The notes: generated by a model from the sequence alone, not told the origin. DNA of 64,000 nucleotides from Felis catus (GCF_018350175.1 NC_058368.1:200758001-200822000); one strand, 5' to 3'. Positions 50,525-64,000 are shown, numbered from the stretch's first letter. Numbers and translations: made by a program.

Positions 50525-51245
50525 ATTTTATTTTTAAAAAAAGCAAAATTGACTTGATGTTGGCATGCAATTTTATGAATTTTAACGCACAAATAGACAC
50601 ATGTAACCACCACCATAATCAAGATACAGAATAGTTCCATCACCCCAAAATTTCCCTGATCCATCTTTTTATGGGTGACCCTCCCCATCCACCCATAACG
50701 CCTGGAAAACATGAATCTGTTCTCTATCAATGTAGTGTTCCCGCCCCTCCCCCACCCAGGTATGTCATATACTAGAAATCATACAGCACATCACCTTTTG
50801 TAACAGGATTATTTTGCTCAGCTATGTTCAAGTTGCTGCATATATCAGTTCATTTTTTTTTTTTTTTTACTGCTGAGTAATTTTCCATTGTATGCAAGTA
50901 TCATAGTTTGTTTTTCCATTTACCTATTGAAGAACATTGGGGTTATTTCTAATTTTTGACTATTCTAAATAAACCTGCTATAAGCATTTGTGTACAGATT
51001 ATAGAGTAAAAATAATTTTCCCTTTTTGTAGAGTAAATACCCAGAAGTTGAAGTTCGGGCTCACATGGCAAGTGTATGTTCAACTTTATAAGAAACTGCC
51101 AAGCTGTTCTCCAGAGGGGCTATAAAATGTCCTGCTCCCACCAGCAATGTATGAGAATTTCAGTTAAAATTCTCAGCATTTTTTAATGCTAACCATTCTA
51201 ATGGGTAGTGATATGACATGATTATTTTAATGTACAGTTTCTTTA
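50525..51245 (-). mobile_element. L1MC/MD-type 3' fragment
   Basis: gtaaccaccaccataatcaagatacagaatagttccatcacccc...agaaactgccaagctgttctccag...cccaccagcaatgtatgaga. Confidence 0.85.
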
Positions 51246-51325
51246 GATTTAATTATTTATTCTCCAGTTTTTATTTTATTTTCATTTTATGAGAAGACAA
51301 ATTCCCAATGGGCTCATAATTTGTT

Positions 51326-51520
51326 TTTTTTTTAAGCTTATTTATTCATTTATGAGAGACAGAGAGACAAGCAAAGAAAGAGGGAGAGAGAGAATCCCAA
51401 ACAGGCTCTATGCTGTCAGGACAGAGCCTGATGCGGGGCTCAAATTCACAAACTCTGAGATCATGACCTGAGCTGAAATCAAGAGTGGGATGCTTAACCG
51501 ACTGAGTCGTCCAGGCACCC
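51326..51520 (-). mobile_element. Can-SINE
   Basis: TSD gctcataatttgtt at 51312-51325 and 51533-51546. Confidence 0.93.
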
Positions 51521-51982
51521 GCCCATCAAAAAGCTCATAATTTGTTGCTAAAGTCAGACATGAAACAAATTATAATGTTACAAATAGAGAAACATACTTT
51601 AAAATATTTATTACTTATAATAAAGGAATTAGAAAAGTCCATACAAGTGAAGGTAGCACTTGAATTGACCTATGGAAGAAGATGGCCACTCCTAATCCCT
51701 ATCACAAGACACATATGCAACTGCCTCTCTTGACAGGGAAGTAAGCTCCTTGACTCGAAGACTAATAAATGACAGTCTACCCCAGGGAGCCTCTTCCCTG
51801 GAAAGTTATGTAATATAAGAAAGTAGGTTTAATTTTTTACTGTGTAACTGTCTACCAAATGTATCATACTTTACCTGAGAAGACAGTGTTCTGTTGTGTA
51901 AAGGCCATAGGCTTTGGGATTGTGCCTACAGGTGTTTGAAACCCCAACTTCTTTACTCAATTACGAAGGCACCTTTGACAAG

Positions 51983-52399
51983 TATTATGGGTTGAATTGT
52001 GACTCCCCCCACCACAAACTCACATGTTAAAGTCCTAACCCCCATACCTCAGAATGTGGCTTTATTGGCGGTAGGGTCTTGACAGCGGTAATCAAGTGAA
52101 AATGAAGTCATTAGTAAAGGCCCTAATCCACTACGACCTGTGTCTTTGTCCAAAGAGGAAATTGGGAGACAGATACAGATAGAGAAATACAATGAAGACA
52201 TAGAAAGAAGATAGTTATCTACAAGCCAAGGAGAGAGTTCTAGAACAGGTCTGTCCTGATAGCCCTCAGAAAGAATCAGCCCTGCCAACACCTTGATTTG
52301 GACTTCTAGCCTCCAGGACTAACAGAAGAAAGTCCTGTTATGTCAGCCACCCAGTTTGTGGTCATTTGTCGCAGCAGCCCTCGCAAACTAATAAATACA
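51983..52399 (+). mobile_element. MLT1-type (MaLR) solo LTR inserted in a MIR (51885-51982 and 52400-52500)
   Basis: tattatgggttgaattgt...cctcagaatgtg...ccctgccaacaccttgatttggacttctagcctccag...gcagccctcgcaaactaata..aca; decayed 5-bp TSD acaag/gctag at the MIR GGCAAG|TTA site. Confidence 0.9.
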
Positions 52400-55309
52400 G
52401 CTAGTTATTAACCTTTCCAAATTGGCAGTTTTCACATCTATAAAAAGGGAATGGTAACTTGCTTCACTGTGCTGACAGGAGTAATGAAACAAAAACTTCA
52501 TGAGAAATTACTTCCGCCAAAAAGGGTATTAGTTTAGCCCGCAGTAGACAATGCGTATGTAGCACATGCCATCAGTGTCCTATCCGTGTCCCTGGAGAAG
52601 GTGGTGTGCTTTACTGGACCTGTACTCTCTGGTGTCTGCGTCTTTGCCTGAGGGTTCTTCCTTCCACTGTCTTCCTTCCACTGCTCTCCAAGTACAACCA
52701 TGGAGAACCACATTGCCCAAATAGAGCAGGTTCAAAGAGTGATGAGGGCTGGAAACTTTTTTAGCCTATTCTACAGTTTCACATGTGTGATTTGTTCACA
52801 GGAAATGCCCACTCTGGCTTACTCCAACACAAGAGAAAAAGGGAATGTGAACACGTGTTCTCTACTTGCCAGATTGTCTCTCCATCTAATTGTCTAGAAA
52901 AGAGAAAAAGCCAAAAGTAAGCAGTGTAAACAAATTGCAATATAATAGTTCTAACCTTCTCCATTCCCCTTTTCACCAATTGTTTCAATTCTCAGAGATT
53001 CAGATTTTCTTTCAGAATGCAATAAAAATAGCCTCTTCCAAGAATATAAAATCTTAAAGATAACCATTTTTGTTTTTATTCAAAGAAATATTGGCCAGAC
53101 TTGCCAGATTTTCAGAACTGCCAAGTAGTAGAAAAGAATTTTCAAATAAAGACAGAAGTTTAAAATGAAAAGCAGACTCTTTGATCTTCCTCATCTCTTT
53201 CTTTCATTTGTTGTTTGAAAGCCCAATGTAATCCCTTATTTTATAGTAGATTCTTGGTTTACAGAGGAGTTTCAGATGCTATTAAGAGTCAGAAGTTAAA
53301 AAGAAGTCCTAAATCATTAGACATACAAGCCTAGATTTCTGAAGTTGAACAAATGTACGAATGTTTACATGCCGTTCCAGGTCTGAATGATTACTTAGCC
53401 TCTAGGCTCATGGCTTAAAAAAGAAGCTTTTTCCCCATATTTTCCTCATATATGTTAAATGTATTATACTCATTCATGCTCTCTCTATTTTAAAATGTGT
53501 CAAGGAGAGTAAATAAGACTGGAAATCAATGCAAGCATTTTTTCCCATCAAACTATTTGAGAAGAAATATTTTAATCATTTTTATTTTGTGTTTTAGAAA
53601 TGGCATTTATTAAGTTAATATTTTGTAAATATTTTTATGTGCAAGGCTATTACTTCTAAAATATAATTTATAGAGAAAGCACATAGGTGAAAACATTTAT
53701 AAAAACAAAAAGAAATTTTTTAATGTGAGTATATATGGGTCCCTGTAAAGAAAGAAAAGGATGCATTTTACTTTTTGCAACTTTTAGTGTATCTACTACT
53801 CAATTGAAATCGCTGAAATAGTTCACTGTATTGGAACTTCCTTCCAATTTATGATTTGCTCTCTCACCTTCTACCAGGTATCACTCATGTGTTACCTTCT
53901 TGAGGAGGCCCACCCTGACCATCACAGTTATTTCGGCCCTTCCTCCCCAGTCCGTCATTAGACTGTGCTAGTACAAATTACCTGAATAAAATATCTTTGT
54001 CTTTCTTACATAGATTATTTTAAATAGATATTATACCAGTAAATAGCTGTGACAGTGAATTTGAAGCGATATTACTTAAAACCATCATTTAAAAAACATT
54101 TATTTAGGAAACTTAACACACATTGAAATATATTTCATGGGCACTACATCAAATTACTGAAATCTGTCTTTGCAAACAGAACACAGCAAAGAAAGAATTT
54201 GTGTCCTCCAACATAGAGACCCAACATTTATTAAATTACACCCCACATAACTAACCCAGGGTTGGTTAAGTCTTTACAAGCAAACTAGAATCAAAATCAA
54301 GTCTTTAAATTAAATACTAAATAATAACAAGCAAAATTGCTAAAAATGTATTTTACCCAAGTATTATATTGCCTTTGAAATGTAAACATGCAGTTTATAA
54401 ATTCTGCTGTATTTCTTATAGTTAGAACAATTTTGAAGAAACTCAACTAAAAAATGATGTTAACAGATCTAAGGAAGACACTGATAGATTATGGATGGAA
54501 TCTATTCCTAAAGACGTGGGTAAAAATGAACCCCTGTAACATGAGTCTTATACACTTATTGGATTTTTGTTTCAAATCAGAGATTACACCTTTAACACCG
54601 TTAAAACTTTTAATACTTCAAGGGCCAAAGCAACTGTCTCATAAATGTTTTCTATAATAGCATCTCATATTTTTGTGAATAACTTTGTCTATGGGTTGAT
54701 TCCACAAAATAACTGAGATAAACTAGAAGTGACATAGAGGTAGTAAAAATTATTTTCCAATTTAGTCTTGTTTCCTCGGGGTGAGATATACAGTTGCTTA
54801 GTACCAGGAAAGTGTTTCTAGACTCAAGGATCAGAAATCATCTCTTATTTAAGATTCAAAAGATGATAGTACTGGTCAGCTGAAAAAAATAGGTGTATAT
54901 TTCATAATAAAAGATAAATGTGTGCGATATTTGAAAGCTTTTGGTTTTTAACATTTTCTAATTAAGCATTCTTTTTATGTGAGACAATGGTATAAGCACA
55001 TAATAAACAAACAAACAAACAAACAAAAAAGTAGTTGTGTGCCAGACTGGAAGTTGACAAACATTACTCTTACCCTCATAGTTAGTTTTAGTTAACTTAG
55101 TAAAATAATTTCGATGATAGATTTGCACAGAAACTTATTCTCTGCTAAAGTTACAAAACAATTTTAAAGATATACAATTTGTTAACTATGGATCACCAGC
55201 TATATCTAGCTTTGTAATGTCATGTCAACATGAAATAGCAAACTCTTATAACCTGATTATGTTGGTAAACATCTTAGCTTTTTGAGATGCCTTGGACAGA
55301 AAGAGTTTA

Positions 55310-55480
55310 AGGTGTGAAATGAGCACGGACTCTGAGGTCAGACCTTAGCTTGAATGTTGGCTCTGTTACCTTCTAGCTACCCGACTTCCGCAAATGTCTG
55401 TGTCGTTGAACCTCAGTTTCCATATCTTTAAGATGGAAAGCATAATAGCCGTACTGCAAATTAATTAAAAAACGAAATAT
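55310..55480 (+). mobile_element. MIR SINE
   Basis: gagcacggactctgaggtcagac...tgaacctcagtttccatatctttaagatgg. Confidence 0.8.
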
Positions 55481-56434
55481 GTTTAGTATAGTTCTAGGCA
55501 TTCTTTTTGGACCCAATAATTAAGAGCTCTCATTATAGTAGAAAAAGACTTATACCAGTGTTTCAATAGAAATAGCAGCATTACATGGATCTGTTCTTCA
55601 TCAGCAAACGACTCCCATCTGTGAGGCTTCATGACACTCCCACTTAGAACCTTTATAAGGTGTGGCTCAGGTGTCTCTTTCACTCACAGAGCTAGAAAAT
55701 ATTTTCATTGACACAACATTTTCAGGGTTGGGCCTGTCTTAGACACGTCCCTCAAAACATAGAGTTTGCTATAAATTAGCACAAGATAGGGAGATGTCGG
55801 CAGCTGATCAAACTCACCATCACCATCACCATCACCAGAGAAAACAAAAACCCACAAAAATTGAGCCGTTTCAGTTTCTCTTATTCTCTGGATTTTTCTG
55901 TCGAATTTTATTTAAACTTCTCTTTACCTGTTTTCTTGTTGCATTTCCTGTGTGTTTCTACCATCTTTTCTCCTGTCTTCTTCCTACACTTTCTTTCTCA
56001 TCTCTGGTCTCAACTCTGCTTCTCTCACGTTTTTTGGTTCACTCCCTCCCTCAACACACCCGCTCATTCACAGACTCCTCAGGCATGAGCCACACCCCCC
56101 CCATCCATTTCCAAACTCACCTCCCCACTTACCCACTCATTTACCATCTAGGTTGGCTTTTTTTTTTTCTACCAAAGACTTAGAATACTATTTGCTCACT
56201 GAGAATGCTGTGTTATTTTTTGGTATTTTGCTCATTTCCACCTTGTTTTCTCCAATGGCATTCAAGAACTGTTTTTTTGCCATCACTTCTTTTTTTCTCT
56301 TCTTTTAATGAAACCATTCAAAACAAATCTGGTAAATTTGTGAATCATTAGGGAGTAGAGATGAATTAGGTAGTTTTTGATATGTTTTACTAATCCTTCC
56401 TGCATTTGTGATTTTTTTTGAAAAGACTTTTTCA

Positions 56435-56535
56435 ATCCTGATTCGGTAAGTCTGTGATAGAGCCCTAGAATATGCATTTCTAATAAGGTCCCACGTGATG
56501 AAGATGTGCTATTCCCTTCCTTAGAGAACACTCTT
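56435..56535. mobile_element. MER5-like hAT-Charlie fragment
   Basis: ctgattcggtaagtctgtgatagagccctagaatatgcatttctaataaggtcccacgtgatg. Confidence 0.7.
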
Positions 56536-56899
56536 TTCAGTAGCTCTGCTATAAGCCATCCTAAACATTTGCGAATGAAAGCTATTAAAAGAATTGTAAA
56601 CATAAGCGTCTTGTGGTGTATGAAAATTTTCCTCTCAAGCAGAGAGAAATCAAGTGCTTAAAATATAAGATAAAGTATTCCTTTTTTAGAACTGACGAAA
56701 TTTAAGTAAACCTACATAAAAATGTTAACAGTGGAAGTTAGAGTATTGGAGAGCCTTAGATCTTCCATGATGTACAGGAGAGCTTTCATCCTTAGAAAAG
56801 TGATCATGGCAGTCACCAAGTGAATGGTGAATTATTTATAGAAAAATATTTGAACGAACAACCATATGATTTTAAGTAAGTATAAATATGCATATATGG

Positions 56900-57980
56900 A
56901 CCAATTTGAAATTAAGGGCCTCAAATTCATCTGTAGCCATTAAAAATTGTTAGGGGAAAAGCAATGACTGAGAACATTGCTACGATTCTTCATATTTTCT
57001 GATACAAAGAATGGTTAAATTTTTTAATATATAAAAAACATTGACAAATGAATAAGAATACAAAGATGAAAATCTTGGGAGTGCGAAGGATTTGAATGGA
57101 TTACAGAAAAAATAAGGCAAATGCCTGTTAAATTCATGAGCAGATATTTGATATCAATAAAAACAAAATAGATATTGAAGTAATTATCTTATTCATTTTA
57201 ATCAAACTTGTGAATACTAAAATTATTGATAAGAGCTAGAGTTGTGAGTAGTGTGATAGGATTAGTATTCTACACAGTCCATGGCATTCTAACACAACAT
57301 CTTTTGAAACGATGGTTCGAGACTATCTACCAAAATTGTTAATGTGTACTGTTGCTTAATCTAGCAATTCTACTTCCAGATCTTTTTACAGACATTTCAC
57401 TGTAGTATACAAAGAATTATCCTTAAGTTCATTTACTATACTCAATTTATAAAAATATTTAAAGATAACATAAAAGTCTATCAATAGGAACTTGTTTAAA
57501 TAAACATGGCATATCTATTCAATACTATGCAGCTTAAAAGTCAAATTATATATACTGATATGAAATAGTAATATAGCTACATTACTGAAACTTTGCCACT
57601 ATCCTAGGATAACTGTCTTTATTATTCTAGTTTCATGTTGTGTCCACTAAGAGACAGGTTGAATAACTTAACCAAAATCACAAGGCAGATACTTGATTTT
57701 ATCCCAGGCTATTAGTCTATACTAAACTGACCAAAACATGGTAAAGTTCTGTTATGTATCCTACATATCTATCTATACATATACATACCTACACACATAT
57801 TTTAAGCTCCTAATTTTGTTTTAAATATGTAAGGTTATATATTTTTATGTGTACCTACAACTCTGAAGGGATAAATAGTAAATAAATATCTTACAATGTT
57901 TATCCCAGGAAAATAGGATCATTGGCTATAGGAGTCTCATTTCTTACTTTTTGCACCTCTGTAATTTATCTTATTACTAC
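56900..57980 (+). mobile_element. Very old L1ME-type ORF2 end and 3' UTR
   Basis: Decayed motifs ctagcaattctacttccag, gtctatcaataggaa, aaataaacatggcatatc and aatactatgcagc. Confidence 0.55.
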
Positions 57981-58015
57981 CATGCATTACTTCTGTGTTT
58001 AAAAATGCAAAACTA

Positions 58016-58230
58016 GGAGTGCCTGGGTTGCACGGTGTGTTAAGCGTCCAACTTCGGCTCAAGGTCATGATTTCAGGTTTCATGGGCTCTAGCCCCGTGA
58101 GGGGCTTTGTGCTGACAGCTCAGAGCCTGGAGCCTGCTTTGGATTCTGTGTCTCCCTTTCTGTCTGCCCCTCCCCTGCTCATGTGCACTTTCTCTGTCTC
58201 TCTTTCAATATAAACATTAATTTTTTTAAA
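58016..58230 (+). mobile_element. Can-SINE
   Basis: gctgacagctcagagcctggagcctgctttggattctgtgtctccc core with A-tail. Confidence 0.92.
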
Positions 58231-59351
58231 TTTAAAGTATGGCTTCTAGTTCAAATATATACTAAAGCATTGTCTTTTCATAACTTAATAGGATAATTGA
58301 AATTAATACAAATTAATACAAGTTAATACATAAGGGCCAAATTAACTTTTTGGGGTAATTTTTTGTATAATATATTTTAGTGCCTGGTTTTTAATGTTAC
58401 CATTAAAATCAATATTTCTCTTGTCATAATTTTCCATTACAATCATATAAAATAAATATATATGTTGGGTGCTAATGGGTTATCTTATTTTATTGCAGCT
58501 GTGCAATCTGAAATCCTACAGTAAGATTTAGTTCTACTTTATTTTATTTTAATTTTTAGTTCTACTTTAAAATGTGACTTTTAACATAAAAATGTATAGA
58601 TATTTTGGTTTTGCATTTTAATTATAAATATAAAATTCCTTTTGTGGACAAACTATGAACCTATTTATATATGTTTCACAGTATGGTATTAGTGTACAAG
58701 TTTAAATTTGAGTCTATTATTATAATTAAATGTTTTTCCATTAAAAGTTACTTTTAAAATTGTATCTTCAATTTTAATATTTAAATAGGTGTTTCAGTTG
58801 ATGAATTGATTCATATAATTTTACTGGTTTTAAAATATCTAATAGGTTAATAATTTTTGATATTTTGTTTCCTAGATTAAGATATAAACAAACCCTGGAT
58901 GATGAAAATATTTTTATTTGGTCAAATATGCTGAGTTCACTGTAGCTTTTTAGTATTAATGGTGACTGTATCCGTTTGCACAAACAGCATCTGTAAGGAG
59001 TGGAGTTCTTTGTTCTGGTTGAGAGTAGGTCTGCTTACTTGCAAAGCCAGTACCTTCTTGCCCTATTATTGACCTCGACTTTGACCTGGCTGGACCACCC
59101 TCACAGGAATGGAGGGTAATAAAGTCCTCTGGCTGACTCAAGTCTGAGTTTAAGCTAAGCAGATATAATCAATCACCTGAAATTAAGTGATGTGGTTTTG
59201 TGATGTGGGCATTTACTGGGGACTGAGCTGAGATCACCAAACACCATTCATTTACGTCTTTAGGGCTGTCTCGGAGTAGGATCAAGGGTATTTTAACTAG
59301 TACTTCAGGAACTACTTAGCAGATTCAGAGTACAGAGATATGATCTTACAG

Positions 59352-59480
59352 CAAGAAAGAAAGAAGGAAAGAAAGAAGGAAAGAAGGAAGGAAGGAAGGA
59401 AGGAAGGAAGGAAGGAAGGAAAGAAGGAAAGAAGGAGAGAAAGAGGGGCAGGGGGAGGGAGGGAGGAAAAAAAAGAAGAA
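59352..59480. repeat. (GGAA/GAAA)n polypurine compound microsatellite
   Basis: Direct reading. Confidence 0.95.
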
Positions 59481-62000
59481 AACAAGAATTCCAATTAACA
59501 AGGATAGACTTATCATAAACAAGGAATAAACAAAGAACTAAAAACTCCTTCAGGAAATATTACCTTTCTTAATTCATCTCAGACTTTGTAGTAAACTCAT
59601 TAACAGCTCACATTTCTCTATGATAACCAATACGTCTTTGCTAGCCAAAATATTTCATTTGGTAAAATCAATTTTGGAATATTAGACAATAATCATGCTT
59701 TGTTTTCAGGATGTTATTTCAAAAGTCTTGCCTCTTCTCCCCCCACTCATTTTTCCCAAAGTATTTTAGTGCTTCTGAAGATCAAGATTCTCTTGGACTG
59801 TTTTAAATGACCCTGTCTCCTAAATTCCAATCCCACTCTGACCTTTCCCTTTTTAACTTTACCCCTGGAATCCACACGTTTTTTTAAACAGGAAAAAAAA
59901 AAAGAAAGAAAGAAGCAGAAGAACTCCTGTAACCATGCAAAGCAAAACGACATGTAGCACTCCAGTCAACCCAGTAGGAATCAGGGTTGTTTGGTGTGTA
60001 CTGAGGTTTGGAACATCCTGTGGGATGATTGTCCCTGATGAATGTATAGTCTGGCTTGGACAATAGAACTGAAACAACATTAACCTGTTTCTTTCTGACT
60101 GAAGTCCACATACTACACTAGCAAATGATTTAGCTGGAGACCATGTGTTAAGATATTTTAGAAGCTAAGGGGTATACATGGTAATTGGGATTGGATGTCC
60201 TTTTCTCTAAACTAGATGGTGAGTGCCTTTAGAGATTGTATCTGAGATGTTTTATAAACTTTCCACCAAACCTATGGTACTGGTAAATACTATGTAGTAG
60301 TCACTTGGTGGATATGAATGAGTTGATGAGGTTTATTCCTTTTGGACTATTACTCTCAATTGACAGCTTGAATCTTAACTGAGTTCCTATTTATGCCATT
60401 TGGGAGCACTTGTAAAGCTACACAACACGGTGGATTTTTGAATCAAATACTCTACCATCTTGAAGAGGATAAATAATTTCTGGGTGCTAGTGATAGAAAA
60501 TGAGGATAGATTTCTCTAGATAACACCCTAGAAAGGTATATATTAGACAATACAAATCCTGCCTCAGTAAAGTGAGGAATTCAAAGCAGCACAAGTAATT
60601 GGCTCTTGGTTACAAAATAATCAGAATTTTTCACTGAGACTTTTTGGATTGTTTCATGAAAAATATATTATTTCTCCGAGAAGACTTCCAGAATGTTGCT
60701 TCCCCAGCTTGGTTGACTTTGTGGAGTGCTTTCCGCTGGAGCTCGAGCAAAGTCATCTCGGACACCTGTTCATGAAGTCTTTGAAATAAAAAAGGCTATA
60801 AACGACCTCTCCAAAATCCTGAAACTTGCCTTTGTATGTCACTCTAAATTATCCAACTGGAGTATTCCGTTCAGTTATGCTCCCACTGGAAGTATTGTCT
60901 TTGTCTTAAATGATCCTCCCCTTCTACCCTTCTAATTCTCTTTCCAAACAGTCCTTTTCCAAGGGAGGTTAGGTTCTAAGCTAAATAAATAAACAAACAA
61001 ATAAATAAGAATTTTATTACATAGAGATTGGTGGTTGATTTATATTTTCTAGTGTTACTGTTATTAAAATGAGGAGGTTATCAATATGATTAGAGTATTT
61101 AAAGGGGGATTTTTTAATGAGTGGACTTTTCCCAAAGCCCTTTTCCTATTCTAGACCTGTGTCTTCCTCTCTTCCCTAGCATTGAATAAGCAACGTCTTT
61201 AAATGAGTCTTCTGAAAAGAGGTCAACTAATTATGACAGATTATTTTATTCAGATTTGTCATGTTAAAAGAAAAAAACTGTTTTGAAATATTTACTGATT
61301 TATACTTTCCACTTATTTGTAAATCCATTTTATATGTTTTATTATGTATTTAGGCTTATTTTTTAAATAACATTTGGGATTTAGAATATACTTCATGATA
61401 TAATTTAATAAACTCAAAAAGCTGAGTGAAATCAGAGGATTCTAACTGACTCTGTGACTTAAACGTTCCACTACCCTGGGCCTCACTAATCTCATTTTTT
61501 AGTTATTTTAGGAGAAAAACTAAGTCATCTCAAAAGTCTCTTCATAGCTTCTCATTTCCTTGGTCCAGATGAGATTCATCAAATGAGACCATGGTGGTGA
61601 AGTGTGAATCAGGCTTTAATAATTTCAATTCTGTTTTGGCTACTTTATCACGCCCTAATGTTAATTTCCCCTTGTATATGAGTTAACCTGAGCAAAACTG
61701 TGAAAAATATATAAACCCTTCCTGTAAGTGTTAACATTGATAGTGATGAAGTAAATACACCTAGCTATTAAATGTGTTAGTTTTTCTTCCATACAGCTAT
61801 CTCAATGTAGAGCCCGTTTTTTTTTTTTTTTCTCTCTTTTGGTTTTTCCTCTTTAATGTTTAAATAGTGTGTGTTACTTTCAATAGAATACACAGCTAAT
61901 TCAGTGTCATTTCTGGAAAAATAGTGTAATATAACCTTTCCCTGTTTCCCTGTGTTTTCATTGGAAATAACTTTCATTAAAGTCACTCACAGTTTTATTT

Positions 62001-62047
62001 ACACACACACGCGCACGCACACACGCACACACACACACACACACACA
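62001..62047. repeat. (CA)n/(CG) compound microsatellite
   Basis: Direct reading; alternating purine-pyrimidine tract. Confidence 0.95.
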
Positions 62048-62450
62048 ATACACGTGCATATCCTCATGATTTGGAAATTACCAGAATGCAATTAAGGGAC
62101 AAACAATTCTGCTTTCTAAATATTAATACAGAAATACTGTTTAATGTACTCTAGACTAAAGCAACAAATATTAAAGGAATTGAGATGTTTTCTGTTAGTC
62201 CTGATAAAACAAGGTTATCAAAACATGCTTACCACTTAATTAGGTTTGTAAAACATTATAAAAGGAAGTATGGATTAACATTTCCTCTATTTGACATTAC
62301 TACCCAGTTTTCAACATAACAATTCTCAAAATGGCACTTAAGGTTTTGTATACTATTACTCTTTTCAAAAAAATAAAACCTTCTAAAATAAAATTTTAAA
62401 CAATGCAGTGCACCTGTGATTATTAGAAATATCTTCATGCATTTGCACAT

Positions 62451-62560
62451 TCATTATTTACTGAATACCTACTAAGTGCCGAGCAGTGGATAAGGTACTG
62501 AGAATGCAGCAGCCTACTGACCATATAGTATCAGTTTTCATGGAATTTACATTTAAGGAA
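62451..62560 (-). mobile_element. L2 3' end fragment
   Basis: tatttactgaatacctactaagtgcc...aggtactgagaatgcagcag...catggaatttacattt. Confidence 0.65.
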
Positions 62561-62772
62561 AGGGAGAAAAACATACAACTCTGTGAATAGGCTCTTTGAC
62601 AGTTAAGTATAAAAATATTGGTTGGCTATTATAAGAGTGAAATCATTCAACTGAAATTATTAGCAATTTACCCACAAATCCAACAAATGACATTTGCTCA
62701 AATTGCCTTAATATTTGCTGTTTCGATCTGTAGGCTGCTAACTTTAAACTCAAATTTTAATCTTATGATACA

Positions 62773-62801
62773 GATGGACAGATGGATGGATGGATGGATG
62801 G
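62773..62801. repeat. (GGAT)n microsatellite
   Basis: Direct reading. Confidence 0.9.
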
Positions 62802-63348
62802 GTAGACAATCATGTTTGCTCTGGCTTATCAGTGCTTTTTATACAGATTATTAACCCCTCTGAATCCCATAATTCTTGGGACAACTTTGTTCTAGAAATA
62901 ATGAAAAATGTCACTAAGTATTTTTATATAGAAATAAATAAATGTACTGAATTTTGGGAAAATCCTACAGTTAAGTCTGGTTAAGAAATAATTGTATTCT
63001 ATCATCCCCTTTGAAATAAAGATGAGATTTCTATACTTCACAGGACTGATTAGAAATTAATTTGTTCAAGTCCTTAAAGTTTCCTTAAAATTAAAATTAC
63101 TATATTGATCTAGCTACAACATTATTATGAACTTTGCTTAAAACCTGCCTTTTTCATTAGGCTTTGTAAATTTGAAGTGAAACTCCATTTCACTATTGAA
63201 ATAAAGTATTTTCATTTTTTTCTCAATTTGTGCTGTCTGTTATGCCACAACTGTACATTGTTATTCTAGAAATTACAGGAGGCAGACCACTTATAGGGGT
63301 TTAAGATACAGAATATAATATTTGCTTTAAAAAGCATGAAGGCCTGGA

Positions 63349-63386
63349 GCTGTGGTGGCTCAATCAGTTAGCATGCAGTACTTATA
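63349..63386 (+). pseudogene. Tailless retropseudogene of the 5' half of tRNA-Ile(TAT)
   Basis: GCTGTGGTGGCTCAATCAGTTAGCATGCAGTACTTATA matches the recalled mammalian tRNA-Ile-TAT 5' exon GCTCCAGTGGCGCAATCGGTTAGCGCGCGGTACTTATA at 30/38, four of the differences being CpG transitions. 16-bp TSD (14/16) at 63328-63343 and 63385-63400. Confidence 0.8.
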
Positions 63387-64000
63387 AAACGCATGATGGC
63401 TAATTAACTTTGTAACTTCTAAGTGCTTTGTCAAGTTTCAGAAGCACTGAAAGTGCTTTATGTTGATTTTTAAAAGTCACTAGACCTAGTGTTGCCATAC
63501 ACTTTTATTGGTGATCCAATACCAGCAGGCAGAAACAAAGAATAATTTGTACGTTCAACAGTTGAGAAGGTTTTCCCTAACACTTTGGATACCCACGCCA
63601 CTTTCAGTAGTCCTGTTCTTGAGAGGCAAAAATCTTTGTTGTTTAAGGTATGCTTTCTATGTGACAATAAATGAGTGTGTAAATGCATAAAATAAATACT
63701 TAATAAATGTATTAATCTATTAATATTTTATCTATCCTTTGATAGCTCCGGACTTCAGTAGAATATTCTGTAGCGGAAAGGTCATTCTCACATCACAACT
63801 CCCTTACAGCATAACCTAATACATATGTTTATTGGCTTGCAAAATACGCAACATTGTAAAGTGAGTGAATTTATTCATTAGTACCCATGTTGTAGTCACA
63901 GATGCCTCTTCCCTCTGTATATTTCATAGACATGTAATGTGTCTAACAAACGTTTCATTTTCCTCATCCTTCCAAAATTTACCTATCTTCTTTCCCATTC

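Noticed and set aside
55794..56308. 129-aa poly-His ORF and overlapping hydrophobic ORFs
   Set aside because: They arise from a (CAT/CAC)n microsatellite and a pyrimidine-rich low-complexity tract that lacks stop codons.
60670..60770. Minus-strand exon candidate after ...gaacAG (VSEMTLLELQRK... / VRDDFARAP...)
   Set aside because: Poor polypyrimidine tract, no clear donor and no recognisable peptide.

Overview
AT-rich mammalian genomic DNA from a cat-family (felid) genome, judged from 21 tRNA-derived Can-SINEs (several of the youngest felid type) and a felid-type L1. It looks like a large intron or intergenic interval. No complete protein-coding gene can be supported: almost every ORF in the track is a repeat fragment or a chance ORF. 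Main contents: a full-length, degraded Tigger1 (2903-5319); an old L1 interrupted by a truncated MER21-type ERVL (LTR, gag and protease remnants); a rearranged young L1 (5' inversion, large internal loss, no poly(A), no TSD, apparent target-site deletion) inside an L2; an ancient two-LTR ERV1-class provirus of about 6.9 kb with gag/integrase/env remnants that splits a MIR; an MLT1 LTR inside a MIR; MER58, MER5, L2, MIR and old L1 fragments; microsatellites; and a tailless retrocopy of the 5' half of tRNA-Ile(TAT) with TSDs. A few repeat-free, CpG-retaining stretches (about 1.4-2.0, 11.6-12.7, 46.8-47.4 and 59.0-59.2 kb) may be exons or regulatory elements of an unidentified host gene. I found no convincing novel multi-gene system; the most interesting signals are unusual retrotransposition and repair footprints. 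Repeat family names come from recalled consensus sequences, not a database search.
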